A stretch of DNA of 64,000 bases from Epiperipatus broadwayi (taxonomy: Eukaryota; Animalia; Onychophora). Each line of letters starts with the position of its first letter. Within the stretch, counting starts at the first letter, position 1. Below the pieces are notes generated by a model. It worked only from the letters and a program-made list of their open reading frames with translations. It ran no database searches and was not told the origin of the DNA. The stretch lies in contig JAQFVV010000001.1 in NCBI GenBank assembly GCA_028023455.1, positions 7,316,001-7,380,000 of the forward strand. The letters run 5' to 3'. Both the position numbers and the translations under genes were made by a program. Shown in pieces: positions 63,560 to 64,000 of the stretch.

Positions 63560-64000
63560 CAGAGAGTAAACAAGGCAGGATTGAAAATTACTCTATACAG
63601 ATAATGAACAATGAACAGAAAAGTACAAACATTCCTATACATCTTATGTCATTGTTTTCAATAAATATTAGAATGAAGCTTGGATGGAATTCATTTGATA
63701 AGAGCAGTTTCATTTTGAAGCAGACCTATTTCTGCATTTTAAAAAAGATTTAACATGTTTATCTTGCTCATTTTTCATGTGTAGATTGAAAGTTGAACAC
63801 TTGAATATGATTTAATCACCTGAACCAAAAAAACTGACGTCTAATGGGAAGATTAGAGAATAAAAAGTGATTGTATATGAATTTCAGACGTTTATCATTC
63901 GATTCTGAGAAATGAAAAGTTAACTAGAAAATATTTTTATACTAGTCTTGAAATAATAAGGGTAATGACTTGAAAATATTATAATCCTGCAATGGAGAGA
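63560..64000 (+). mobile_element. Decayed RTE LINE fragment
   Basis: NIRMKLGWNSFDK matches the RTE RI.LGW.AFGK region; homologous to the 48600-48900 area. Confidence 0.5.

Noticed and set aside
829-63753. Most short ORFs in the supplied six-frame track (hydrophobic F/I/L/Y/K-rich 60-100 aa)
   Set aside because: Composition is what AT-rich non-coding DNA yields by chance, many start at TTG/GTG, and they have no motifs. Only the transposase, RT and Penelope pieces are meaningful.

Overview
Very AT-rich eukaryotic, most likely invertebrate animal, genomic DNA with no intact long ORF; almost all six-frame ORFs are chance or decayed transposon pieces. The window looks like the interior of one plus-strand host gene split into small exons and micro-exons. 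At least 7 phase-compatible GT-AG exons between 22753 and 53382 encode a Ser/Pro/Lys-rich peptide with an RPAPRPPP motif; I do not recognise the gene. Its introns hold layered mobile DNA. DNA transposons include a Tigger/pogo element (TA TSD) carrying a nested GG-ended, 8-bp-TSD Merlin-like non-autonomous element, Tc1-like remnants, a hAT MITE and several foldback/hairpin elements. Retroelements include many RTE-clade LINE fragments, tRNA-Gly- and tRNA-Arg-derived SINEs with TSDs, and a 5'-truncated Penelope-like element (RT + GIY-YIG) with a ~287-bp terminal inverted repeat. The most interesting signals are hammerhead-ribozyme-like motifs in the Penelope repeat and in a separate family of short inverted-repeat elements, and a TSD-flanked hairpin insert that also occurs in a hairpin-less form. 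All calls were made by eye, without database searches or folding software.
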